NCBI RefSeq assembly: GCF_963921235.1
Contig: NC_086097.1
Span: 37,636,001-37,700,000 of the forward strand
Reading direction: 5' to 3'
Source of the DNA: Mobula hypostoma
Lineage: Eukaryota
DNA length: 64,000 nt
Shown: in pieces, positions 1 to 12,293 of the stretch
Position numbering within the stretch: the first letter of the stretch is position 1
How the letters are laid out: each line of letters starts with the position of its first letter
Made by a program: the position numbers and the translations under genes
The notes under the pieces: model-generated
Databases searched by the model: none
Seen by the model: only the letters and a program-made list of their open reading frames with translations
What the model was told of the DNA's origin: nothing

Positions 1-79
1 CTCAGGCCTGCGCCCTGTAGAGTGAAGACTTTCCAGGCGCAGATCCATGGTCTCGCAAGACTAACGGATGCCTTTTTAA

Positions 80-3000
80 ATTCAATGGCAATAGTGACTC
101 TAATTAGTTTATCAAAATATATTTAAACTAGTTTTAACTGAAACATAGCAGCAATATCGTGAATAAAACAGGCTTGAAAAAGTCAAATGATATCTTGAAT
201 ATCTCTACTAATGACACTGACCAGAATTTCCGAATTTGTCACATTGTACAATGGGCAGCTCACTTGGGAGATACCCATTACAAAATTCAACCTTAATCTA
301 ATTTTAATTTGAAATCTGAAGTTGAAAAGTGTAAAGGATCAAAATTCATAAAAGCTAGGGCTGGAATTTTTCAGTTTTAAGTACAAAAAGCAAAAAAATC
401 ACCCTAAACCCCACTGTGATTTTTCCCACAAATGATAACACCTCACACCAGCACAGGAACAATCTGGAATTTATACTTGTTTCCAGAAAGTTGCACATGA
501 TTTCTAAACACATGGATTATCCAGTATGTCCCTGGTCAGAGGTCTTGTGATGGAAAAAAACAGAAGAGTAAAAGTGGAGACTTCAATGGTTTGAAAGAAC
601 AAAATGAGTACAATAATATTAGAGAAAATGAAGTGGTTGAATAATGAAGAATTTCACTCCAAAGTTGTATCACCTTACATAAACCATGAATGGCCTCCAG
701 TATTCAACCAAGCAGCAACTGTCGCAGTGAACAAAACACATCAGAACATTGTAACTAACAGGATTACTTTCAATGCTAATGTCATTTCCTGGCATGTTAG
801 TAAATAAACTCGCTTCAGTTCCTCTGCTTATTTGAACAAATTGCAAAGATAAATAACCTCCTTACCTTCTTAAAAGAAGTTAAGGCCAATCTTCATATGC
901 ACATTCCTCTAAAATAGGTCCAAGAAGATTTCAAATCCAATCATTATTATTAGTCAGAGACGTAAAGTTCATTTATCTTATTCACTTAATTTTTCATTCA
1001 ATCCATGAATTTTAACCAATTTTGAAATTGAAAAATGGAAAAAAATGCAAAAAGCATGTCATCACTGAGTCAATACTAAAAACAAAAAATTCCAGCCCAG
1101 CAATAACTAACTCTAGGATATACAATTATTCCCAAGCCATTGGAATTAATAAAACCTGTGCAATATCCTTTTAGTTTATTTAAAAAATTTGTAAGATCAG
1201 TATCAACCATCCTTGTCTTAAAACTTGTGTTCTACCTAAGGGAGCATTTCATATAAATAGCTTATAGACACCTTTTAATTTTTCGTACAAAACAATTAAA
1301 TATTACTTCAGGAGTAATGTTTATTATCCCAAGTCTATAACTACAAATTGCACAAATAAAATAATGAACCTACTGAAATCACAATATTGTGAAAAGGCAA
1401 TTTGTTACTTGGGGTGGCTGCTCTAACAACATACTACTAGATTCAATTTAATTAGAGAGACTGAGTTTAATAGCCTATTCAAATTCATCACAGTAATGGG
1501 GAAAAACTGTCAAGTCCACACTATGCAGAATTACTCTGGCATTACTGGCTGTTGTTGAAAATTACATGGATTTGAAAATCCTGTAATGCCTTACAATAAA
1601 CATGCATCTGGACCACACAACTTAAGGAAAAATGAGAGAGGGATTAAAATGTCACTTCTAAAGCAACTTCAATTAATAATTTGACAATATATGCTCTATG
1701 AAGTTTCAACACTTAGGGAGGAAAATTTATGCATTTCAGCACATTTTTCTTTGCAACTTATTGCAAAATTATAGCCACCATGATAAAAAGTTAAAATAAA
1801 CATCCTCAAGACTGATTACTGAGTCTTTCATAACAAGATATCACTACTCTAAAAATACATTAAAAATAAAGCCTTTTTTTAAATCATCTTTAGAATTCCA
1901 ATCTGCTTAAACTCTGTATAATACAAATTTCAAGAATTACAAAAAGAAATTTGCTTTGAATAGATCAAAGGAATCCAATGCACAAGATACAAAGACTATG
2001 AATAAAATTGGAAGCTCATTTGATTGTCGCATTATACTTTAAATTGGTTATTTTTTGTGTATATAATCCATTCTTGAAATAATACATTCTTTTCCATTTA
2101 CTTAAATCAGAAAACTCTCCAAGTCGTTTACTGTCACTGCACAATTTAACAACCAAACAATTAAAATCTACATGCCCCCAGGACAATGGATTTAAATAAC
2201 ACTTCCCACTTGAAATATTTTTCATCGGCCTTTGCTTTATTCTCTATTTTTGGAAAATAGTTAATAAATGGTTTCAAATGAGAAAGTAATCCTGTTACCA
2301 AATTTTGATAATCGAGCATTAAATACAAATAAACTTAGCAGCAGCATTGAAATATCTGTTCTGTGAATTACTTGGAAGATAAAGCAAGCTAGCCTGTGCT
2401 AATCCTGAAGTGTCATTTGTCCTTTACCGATACACTAAAGACTACTATAGTATATCCTGCTATGGGTTCTTAGCCATCATTATAGAAATAGAAGTAATTT
2501 AATAGTGTGCAATATTTCTCATTCCTGCTGATTTTATAAAGGCACTTCCACCACTGTATTGGAAAAATAACCAGATTAAAAGATTAATCTGATGATTGAT
2601 GAAACTAAAGCCTATTCAGTACTTTGAATTATCCTAAGAAAATATTTCATTTCCTATCCTTGTGTTTGTAAACTTCCATCCAGTGCTGACTGAATCATTC
2701 AAGCCAATAACAGTACCAGAATTATTATTCATTAAAAATAGGTGGAGAATAAAGACATAATGGAAGACCATTTCATATTGAAAGAAAGAGGACAGGACCC
2801 AGTGACTCTATTACTACAACCAGCATACTTCATCAGTTATTACTATCATACTGATTTGATAACTTGGCCGAAGATAAACAAATGATTAAGCCTCTCAAGT
2901 AACATTAACTACTTAACAATTTACATAGATGGGAAGATGTCAGAGAAGCACTAAAGCATTGTATTTTATAACTAAATGGTGATACAATGTTGTGCAAGTC

Positions 3001-3653
3001 TTGTACATAACGAATTTTCCACAGATCACTCTGCCACTTAAAAAGAAAATCAACTTTGCTAATTGCTACAAAATTAGAAATATACCAATGTGTAATGACC
3101 AATAAATCACTTTGCACAAAAGGATAGTGTCAGCTTTTAAAAAGTCCACAGTAATGTTATGATACAAGTGTGATCCATAATATAATCAATAAATGAGATG
3201 AGCATTTACAAGTTCACTGTTAGTCAAATCGATTCAATGTTGTGAAGAGTCAGATGCAAGATTCTTCTTGATTGATTCTTCTTTTGAGTGATTGGATACT
3301 CAACCATTACTATGTCAGATAGGGACATCAAGTCTTCTATGCAATACACTTTTAAAAGAGGTCATATTCCACTAAATAGATCTCTTTTTTTAAAAAGACA
3401 TAATTGCACTTCCATGTTAATGCGATTAAATCAAAACTGCCCAATTTGTAGTAAGAATAATTCAATCATGCATATTTTCAGCCACCAAACAAATCACATT
3501 CTTGCTGAATCATTGCTGGTTACTGAATTTTGGTATTGCATTAGCATCCTTTTTGAACTCTTCTCACAATATTGAACAACCTTTTGAAGACCCGTGATTC
3601 ATGGATACTTGATGGCCTTGCTTGTGGATGTATGCAATCATCCTGGTTGGCTG
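80..3653 (-). other. PPM1A: PPM1A long 3' UTR and downstream region (true end uncertain)
   Basis: AT-rich, no recognisable transposon for ~3.6 kb after the stop. Minus-strand AATAAA at 2236-2241, 1320-1325 and 1175-1180. Confidence 0.6.
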
Positions 3654-3683
3654 CTACCGCCTGTCATCTGGGAATGACGACTC
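3654..3683 (-). CDS. PPM1A: PPM1A terminal coding exon 6 (ESSFPDDRR-stop)
   Basis: Polypyrimidine tract ttcttctctttatcaAG, then 9 codons plus TAG. Same length and DD position as mammalian DSTSTDDMW-stop. Summed CDS 837+118+112+55+30=1152 nt = 383 aa plus stop. Confidence 0.8.
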   Translation of the reverse strand, partial: ESSFPDDRR

Positions 3684-5334
3684 CTTGATAAAGAGAAGAA
3701 GTATAACCCTTTAAAGTCTGGACTGCCCAAAAATGCAGAAATTTCTAGACAATCCAGACTGCAAAGAGTTAATCGTAATAATTTTGATTGAATTTAATTG
3801 CTTTTAGTTAATGAGCAAACAATACTTTCATAGCAGTTGCATATATACAGATCTGTATATATCTGTGTGTATATATCCTACAGATTCTATTTTTGCTTTT
3901 ATGATCATTTATTCCAGAGTAGTGTGATCAAATTAAAAGCAAGAGAATTGAAGGTTGCTGTTTAAAATTCAACATTTCAAAAACATTAGTTTTTAGCACA
4001 ATATGAGTTTAATGGTGATTAATGAAATCTTAAATTCACACATAATTTCAGAGACAAGAAAACTGAAAACTACTGCAGAAACATTCCTAGGAGTGGTAGA
4101 GTGGAAAAACCATTAAAAAACAGTAAAATTTTATTGCTAATTTAATATTCAAATCACTAACTCGATAATTACTTGGTTAACAATATTAATTTGTAATTTT
4201 TCTGATTGAGAAAATGGCAGAGGAACATCAAATTTTCCATCACTACATGATATATTACACTCTAGGATACAAGTGAAGGATCACTTCAAATGCTTTTTTT
4301 AAAACGTTGTGGCATTTTGCAAATTAGACATGATTTGAAATGGAATGCTCAGAGAGCCGTCACAACTATGTTAAAGACAAATTACACCCAACCAATTTGA
4401 CAGGATTTTAAAAATGAAATAAGAGCAGGTTGATGAGGGAAACATATTTGATAAGGTGCCACATCATAGGTTTGACATCAAGATTAAAGCCCATGGACTA
4501 ACAGCACAAATAGAAAATAGATTAATGAAGAAAAGTACCAAAGTACTTTTTTTTAAACTGGAGGAAAGGCGTACAGTTGAATTACCCTACAGGTCAACTG
4601 TAAAACCAATGCTTTTCCAAAAAGTACATCTATGTATGACTTTAGCACAAGAGATTCTATAGTTGCTGGAAGTCCAGAGCACCACACACAAAATGCTGGA
4701 GGAACTCAGCAGGCTAGGCAGCATCTATACACACAAATGCAGGAAGAACTCAGCAGGTATGTATGTATGTATACCAGTACAGGGAACAATTTGCAAATAC
4801 ACAGATTAAAAGGCATAATAAACTGTGAGAAGGATAGTAATTAGTGGAATTGGGCAAAACTAGATGATTTAGTTTTAAAAGGGTACAAGAACAGAGAGAT
4901 CTGGAGGTAAATGTGCAAATTTCGTAGAAAGAGGCACACTGAAAAAGTAGTACAAAGTTAATTGAGTTTATTATCATATGACCAAGTACATTTCTGTATG
5001 GGCCAGTGGAAAACTTACATCATCATTACAGGCACATAGCATCATTAGGAAAAGAAACTGTAGTTATCAGAATGAAAAGAATATGCAAGATTCTGGGGAG
5101 GGCAGGCAGGTGGGACTAGACAGATTCCTTTTACAAAGAATTAGCTTGGACATGAACCAATGGCTAATGTAATTTTAACATTGTGATATTGTTCCACTTA
5201 ATTGAGTCAGCATGATATGTTCAGTGTAGTACTTTAAATATTCTAGCAGCATGAGTATTTATTTAATAAATGTTCCACGTCTTTAACCGCAGGTGACAAT
5301 CGTTAATATAATACAATCAAAGGATAACGCTCAA

Positions 5335-6510
5335 ACATAGGAAAGTCTGCAGGTGCTGGATATCCAAAGCAACACACATAAGATGCTGGAAGAGCTCAGC
5401 ATATCAGCCAGCATCTACAGAAAAGAATAAATAGTTGACGTTTCAAGCAAAACCCATCTTCAGGACTGAGTAGGGGGCAGATGAAAGAATAAAAAAGGGA
5501 GGGGAGGGGAAGAGGAAGAGGCTAGCTGGAATGTGATAGGTGAAGCCAGATGGGTGGGAAAGGTCAAGAGCTGGAGAAGAAAGAAACTTTCTCACTGTTT
5601 CCACTGTTACCATCAGGTAGGAAATATAGAAGCCTGAATGCACACACTCAGCAATTCAGGAACTGCTTCTGCCCCTCTGCCATTCGATTCCTAAATGGAC
5701 TTTGAAGCTTTGGACACTACCTCACTTTTTCAATATACAGTATTTCTGTTTTGCACATTTAAAAAAATCTATTCAATATATGTAATTGATCTACTTGTTT
5801 ATTTATTATCATGTTTTATTTCATTTATTTTTTTTTCCTCTCTCTCTCTGCTAGATTATCTATTGCATTGAACTGCTGCTGCTAAGTTAACAAATTTCAC
5901 GTCACATGCCGGTGATAATAAACCTGATTCTGATAGGAGAGGAGAGAGGACAATAGGAGAAAGGGAAGGAATCCAGGGAGAAGTAATAGGCAGGTGAGAA
6001 GTGGTGAAAGGTCAGATTGGGGAATGTGGGGGGAGAGGGGGGAGAATTTGTTCACTGGAAGAAGAAATCGATATTCATGCCATTAGATTGGAGGCTACCC
6101 AGACAGAATATAAGGAATATAAGGTATTGCTCCTCCTTCCGGAGCTTGGGCTCTCATCTTGGCTCAAGAGGAGGCTATGGATTGACATGTTGGAACGGGA
6201 ATGGGAACCAGAATTAAAATGTTTGGCCACTGGGAAATCCCGCTTGTGGCAGATAGTGCAGAAGTGCTTGACAAAGTGGTCCCCCAGCTTGTGACAAGTC
6301 TCACCAATGTAGAAAATGCTGCATTGGGATCACCAGATATAGATTCGCAGGTGAATTGTTGCCTGACTGTTTGGGGGTCCCTGAATGAAGGTGGGGAAGG
6401 AGGCGGTTGGGCAGGTGTAGCACTTGAGCTGCTTGCACGGGTAAGTGCTTAGTGGGGAGGGACGAATGGACAAGAGAATCGCGGAGGGAGCAATCCCTGT
6501 GGAATGTGAT
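5335..6510 (-). mobile_element. Older Penelope-like element (GIY-YIG remnant plus tail) interrupted by a Rex-like LINE 3' end at ~5590-5932
   Basis: ggaggctacccagacagaatataagg and flanks match 40640-40860. Degenerate hammerhead at 5433-5467. Insert ends in aataaacctgattctga. Confidence 0.8.
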
Positions 6511-7187
6511 GGGGTAAAGATATGTTTAATAGTAGGATCATGCTCTCAGGATGCTTAAGGCCAGTAGAAACATAGCCCAATCTGATTTGGTGGTATCATT
6601 CTCCACTCAATGTGGACATTTACATATTCAAGGATTATTTTTTATTTGAAGAGATGGTGCAGGAGATAATTGCTTTTGTACTTCAAAGACAATGGTACAT
6701 TCTATGAAATGATTATCAAGTACATAATAATGACCTAATTGGAGCTATTTAATGCAACCAATCCTGACATTTTCATCCAATACATGTCAATATCAGCTTT
6801 TGTTTATCCTTCCTCTTTTATTGTTCAACTTCAAGCCCTTACCTACTTTATACATTTCTCCATATCAGTCTCTAGTTTTCTGCAGAAATGGAGTATAGGA
6901 CCACTGGCTCCTATCACTTAAACTACTAATTTCCTCATGTATTCTGTCTCTTTTGCATTTACTCTAAATCATTTCATGTTCATCAGAGAGCTTCTAAGTC
7001 TAAAATGTCCATCTTCTTCCTTGGTTGGGGCTTTCTCTTACCAACCATGCATAAAGCCCTTGCACATGCTGTATATTCTTCATTCTATATCTGCTCATAC
7101 AAATGCCAAATCTTGCTTCAATTCAATTTCCATTTAGTCTCTGGCACTTCAATGAATAATTTTGCTCTCAGGATTCCATATATTATA

Positions 7188-7648
7188 CGTCCTGTGCAAA
7201 AGTCTTAGACACATACATACAGCTAAGGTGCCCAAGACTTTTGTACAGTACTGTAGTAAATGTATTGCACTGTACTGCTGCAAAAAAACTAATTTCAGGA
7301 CATGTAAGTGATGGGTTTCTACTGTGGACTGAGAGTGTGAAGGGGGCAGGGAGAGGAGAATCATGGTTGGGAAAAGGGGAAGGGAGAGGGGAGGGAGCGG
7401 GAAGCACCAGAGACATTCTATTATGATCAATAAACTAATGTTTGGAATTAAATGATCTTGCCTGGTGTCTTAAAGCTGGGTGTGTCTGCACCCATGCCAC
7501 ACCCCCACCCCGGCACTTCTCCCGTGCCAACGGTCCCACAACCCTCCCATGGCGCTCCACCCTCGCCATTCCCATCATCCTTTGTTCTCACCAGATTTAC
7601 AAACTGACTCTCCACTTCATGTTGACAAATATAGTACTGTGCAAAAGA
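7188..7648. mobile_element. Second copy of the same Tc1-like element, right hairpin truncated
   Basis: Colinear similarity to 20329-20820, including the left hairpin and purine-rich/pyrimidine-rich body. Confidence 0.8.
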
Positions 7649-8089
7649 TATTTAATAAAATTTAGGAATTTATGTACAGAACATACTCCAGCAGGAAATT
7701 TCAGACTAGTTTGATGTCCTATTCCTAATTGGGACTCATAATTAAATTTTTATTCCAATTCAAAATGAAGTCAGTGATCATATTCACTCAAACAAATTCA
7801 AAATAATCATCAGAAACTGTGTCTCTGCTTAGATTCTAGGACCCCCAGTTGGAACAATAACAATAGAACTTTAACTAATTTTTCTAATCCATCCATATTC
7901 AAACCTGAAAAAAATTGATCGAAACAAGATATTATTTTAATATTACATTTTACATCATTCACATAGGTATATTTCCAAGAAATGTTCCATGAAGCAGGTC
8001 AGGCGACAGTTCCCTTGGTGGGTAAGCCTTGCAGAAACAGTGACCACAATTCTCAGACCACAGCCTAAGACAAGGATAGGAGCAGATGG

Positions 8090-9927
8090 CATGGAAAGTA
8101 TTTAATTGGGGAAATTATGATGCTATTTGACAAAAATTGTGAGTATAAATTAGAAAAGGATATACTCAGGGAAATGCAGAATGGAAATGAAGACATTAAT
8201 CAGATATTTTGTCTTCAATTTGTCTCATTGAAGCAGGGAAAGAAAGCAGGGTGAGGCAACCATGGTTGATAAGAGATGTGGAATGTTTTGTAAAGAAGTA
8301 AAAGGAAGCTTACTTAAGGTTTAGGAAACAAGAATAAGTCAGGGCTCTAGAGAGTTACAAGGTAGCTAGGAATGAGCTTAAGAATGGACTTAGGAGAGCC
8401 AGAAGAGCACATGAGAAGGTATTAGCAAGTAGGAATAAGGAACATCCCAAGTGGCTCTACATGCATGTGATAATAGAAGAATGATTAGACCGATCAGAAA
8501 TAGAAGAGAAAATGTGTCTGGAGTCGGAAGCAGTAGGGGAGGTCCTTTATAAATACTTTGCTTCAGTGTTCATCAGTGAGAGGGACCTTGACATTTGTGA
8601 GGACAGTGTGAAACAGGTCAATATGTTCGAATATGTCAATGTTAAGAAAGAGGATGTGCTGGAACCTTTGGAAAACATTAGGATAGATAAGTCACTGGAG
8701 CCAGATGGGATATATCCCAGGATACTATGGGAAGTGGGGGATGAGATCGCTATGCCTTTGGCGATGATCATCTCTGTGTCGTCACTGGCCACATAAGTAG
8801 TACCCGACGACTGGAGGGTGGCAAATATTATTCCTTTGTTCAAGAATAGGTGTAGGGATAACCCTGGGAATTACAGACCAGTGTGTCTTCCTATAGTGGT
8901 AGGCAAATAATTGAAGAAGTTTCTTAGAGACAGGATTTAAAGGCATTTGGAAAAGGAAGGTCTGATTAGGGATAGTCAGCATGGCTTTGTGAGGGGCAGC
9001 ATGCGTGTCACCTCACAAGCTGATTAAACTCTGAGGATGGGACAATGCACATTAAAGGCAGAGCAGTGGATGTGAGTATATGGATTTTAGTAAGGTAAAA
9101 TTGGATATGGTTTCCATGGTGGACTTATTCATAAAGTCAGGAGGCATGGGGTCCAGGGATAATTGCTTGTGAGGATTTAGAATTGGGTTGTCTACAGAAG
9201 GCAGAGGTTGGCTGTAGATACAGCGTATTCTGCCTGGAGGTGGTGACCAATGGAGTTTTTGGCAGTGTAGAAGAACAGAGGGATCTTGGGGCCCATGTCC
9301 ATAGATCCCTCAGTTAACAGGGTGGCCTTCATTAGTTGGCGGATTGAGTTTAAGAGTCGTGAGGTAACGTGGCAGCTCTATCAGACCTGGTAAATCCACA
9401 CAGTGTTCAGTTCTGGTCACCTCATTATAGGAAGGATGTAGAAGCTTTAGTTTGTGCAGAGGAGATTTACCACGATGCTGCCTGGATTAAAGAGCTTGTC
9501 TTTTGAGGTGAGGCTGAGTGAATTAGAGTTTCTCTTTTTGGAATGAAGGAGGATGAGAGGTGACTTGACAGAGGTACCAGATGGTAAGAGGCACAGATCG
9601 AATGGATAGCAGAGACTTTTCCCTAGGGTGGAAATTGTTACTACCAGGGGTCATGGTTTTAAGGTGACTGGACAAAAACTTAGAGAGTGTGGCAGAGGTG
9701 TTTTTTTTTAAAACACAGAGTGGTGAGTGCATGTAACATCCTGTCAGTGGTGGTGGTAGAGGCAGATACATTGGTGACATTTAAGAAACTCTTAGAGACA
9801 CATGGACGTTAGAAAAAAAATGAAAGGCTATGTAGGAGGGAAGGATTAGATCGATCTTAGTGTGGGTTAAAGCATAACATTGTGGGCCAAAGGCCTGTAC
9901 TGTGGCGTTCTATGTCTTATGTTCTAA
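8090..9927 (+). mobile_element. Decayed, internally deleted CR1 ORF2 in PPM1A intron 5
   Basis: PDGIYPRIL, NPGNYRPV and SQHGF remnants; tail ttctatgtcttatgttcta. Confidence 0.85.
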
Positions 9928-12238
9928 ATGTGAAAGTATTATGGCACCTGGTATTTATTTTCAGCATATTTAACTTCCACTTCAAAAATTATTGAATAGG
10001 TGTAAGAAACAGCATTGTAGAGCATGGGAACAGGCCCTATGATCCAATTTTCCCATGCCAACACCCATGCAGACTCATTTCCCTGCATTTTGTCCATTTC
10101 ACTAATCCTGCCAGTCTTTCCCTTCACATTAACAGGAACATGTTGCAGAGACATTCAGCAAATAGAAAGGGAACTGTTAGAAATTAAGGTTCCTTTTGGA
10201 ACTAACATCACAAGGAGTCCAAAAAACAGAGTTTTACAAATTTAAGAAAAAGTTAAAGATCAAGAGCTTGAAAGCTGTAATATCTGGTTTACTTTCAACA
10301 GCAGATGCTAATGAATTCCAAAAGTAGAAGATAATGTATCTAAGTGTGTAGTTGGGCAAATGCTCCAGAAAGAAGGTATTTAGCATCCAGGAGCACAGAA
10401 GTCAGTTCTGGGAAGGACTGCGAAAAGCCACATAGGTGAAACCTATGTTTTCATTGGTTGTTAACTCCTACTAAAGGAGGAGATAAATTTGGCATTGCAC
10501 AGGGATGATGCAATATAGAGGAGGAATAAGGCACATTAAAAGTAAAGAATGATAAACAACAATAGAACAAATAACAGCATTAAGGCAGTAAAACAGATAG
10601 AGGACAAAACAAATCGATAATGTTAAAAACATGGAAAATGCTTAAAACACTCAGCAGGACAGACAGCACTAATTGAAAGAGAAACATAATTTTTGAGTTC
10701 AGGGATCCTTCATCAACTTACCTGACAAGAAATGAACTGTTTCACTTTCCACTAATGCTCCCTGACCTAGTAAGTGTTTCTAACAGTTTTTTGTTTTTAT
10801 TTTACATTTCCGGGACATGTGTTCTTTTTTAACCAGGACACAACAACATTACACATGGTTGAATTGTTTCTTGAAGTCAAGGGTAAGCACACCCACCTTG
10901 CCTCTGCAACTAATCTCTTGTGGACCAACACTGTTAAGAGGTCAGGATCTAAATGACACTAGATATGGGAAAAGCACCAGCAGGCCGAAAATGTAACAAC
11001 CCTTTTTAAAAAGATCAAGTAGAACTAACCTAACAATCATTGGCTATTGTGAAGAAGGATTGCCACAAAGGGATTTGATGAAGTATCACATAATGGTTTT
11101 ACTGAGTGTATCATCCACTTAAATACTTTGTAGTGTGGTCACTGTTGCAACGTAAAAAACATTATACAATTTACAAATAGCAAACTACCCACAAACAGCT
11201 GTGTAACTATGACCAGAAATTTTGATTTACTTATTATATTATCTAAGGGATAATACAAAATATATCTGAAAAATCCCCTACATTTCTTCCTAATGCCTGA
11301 GAAAGCAAATGGCTTTAATTTAATGACCAACTGAAAAAAGGCACCTTCAACAATGAAAGTGCAATTTTTCACCTGGTCCTGAAATTAAGGAGACTCCTCA
11401 CATCAACTTAGATTTTTGTGTCCAACTTTTTTTTTCCTGAAAGATGGGAAATATGTAGGGGAATCCTCCAAGTGTCAAAATTCAGATCCTATTTTATATA
11501 TTTTATCAGTGTTCTGAAGTAAAGAGAACTCTTAAAGTGGTTAGCTGAGTTCAACTGCAGTGTTGTTTGTAATTATCAGTACAGATATACGAAGAATCAT
11601 GAGGCATTAGGGTGGAGCAGGGTAGATTCACTACCATGAAGCAGGTAGAAAGGAACTCAGCTATTTGAAGAGCATGGATAAGCTAGCATTGTTTTCTTCA
11701 TAGCAGAGAAGCTTAAGGGGAGATCATAAGGTGCATTATAAAATGGGGTGAATTTTATGGGGTCAGTAGTTAGAGGGTATAGATTAAAAATAATTGGTAA
11801 AATAACTGAGAGAATAAATGAGAAGGTTATGATCTAGATCATAACACTGATGTTATTAGATTCCATAAGAAGGTATCTAAATTCCTGTGGAGTCAAGTTG
11901 AGAACTTGAGAAATATTTTGCAAGTTTATATGGAAAAAGCTAGGACAAACAGGAACAATTCTTTCAAAACATCAGCACCTGTAGGCTAAATGGTCTCTTC
12001 CATGCTATAATATTTGACAATATAGAATTTAATTTCAATAAATGTTATATAATGTTATCTTTTTACAATATAGAATATCTACTAATGATGCCTTTTCAGT
12101 CCAGAAATGGCACATTAATAACAAATATTTAGAATTCCTGGCTTGGCATAATGTTACTGGCTTCTATTGATTCTACAAATACAACAAACTTTAATTACTT
12201 TAAACTACTTATACTAAAAGTATAGTACAGTTACTCAC

Positions 12239-12293
12239 ACCATCAGCCCTACAAGGATTCAGTCTGTGGTAAACTGCTTCAATAACACTCCGC
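12239..12293 (-). CDS. PPM1A: PPM1A exon 5 (RSVIEAVYHRLNPCRADG)
   Basis: 55 nt, acceptor tctttAG at 12295-12294, donor GTGAGT at 12238-12233. Resembles the VIEAVYNRLNPY segment of PPM1A. Frame consistent. Confidence 0.93.

Noticed and set aside
1..75. GC-richer start of the window as an exon
   Set aside because: Its reverse complement resembles 42733-42765, indicating the end of a dispersed repeat.
604..5172. Numerous 60-95 aa ORFs here and across the window
   Set aside because: No domains or splice context. Consistent with chance ORFs in UTR or intron, or alternate frames of repeats.
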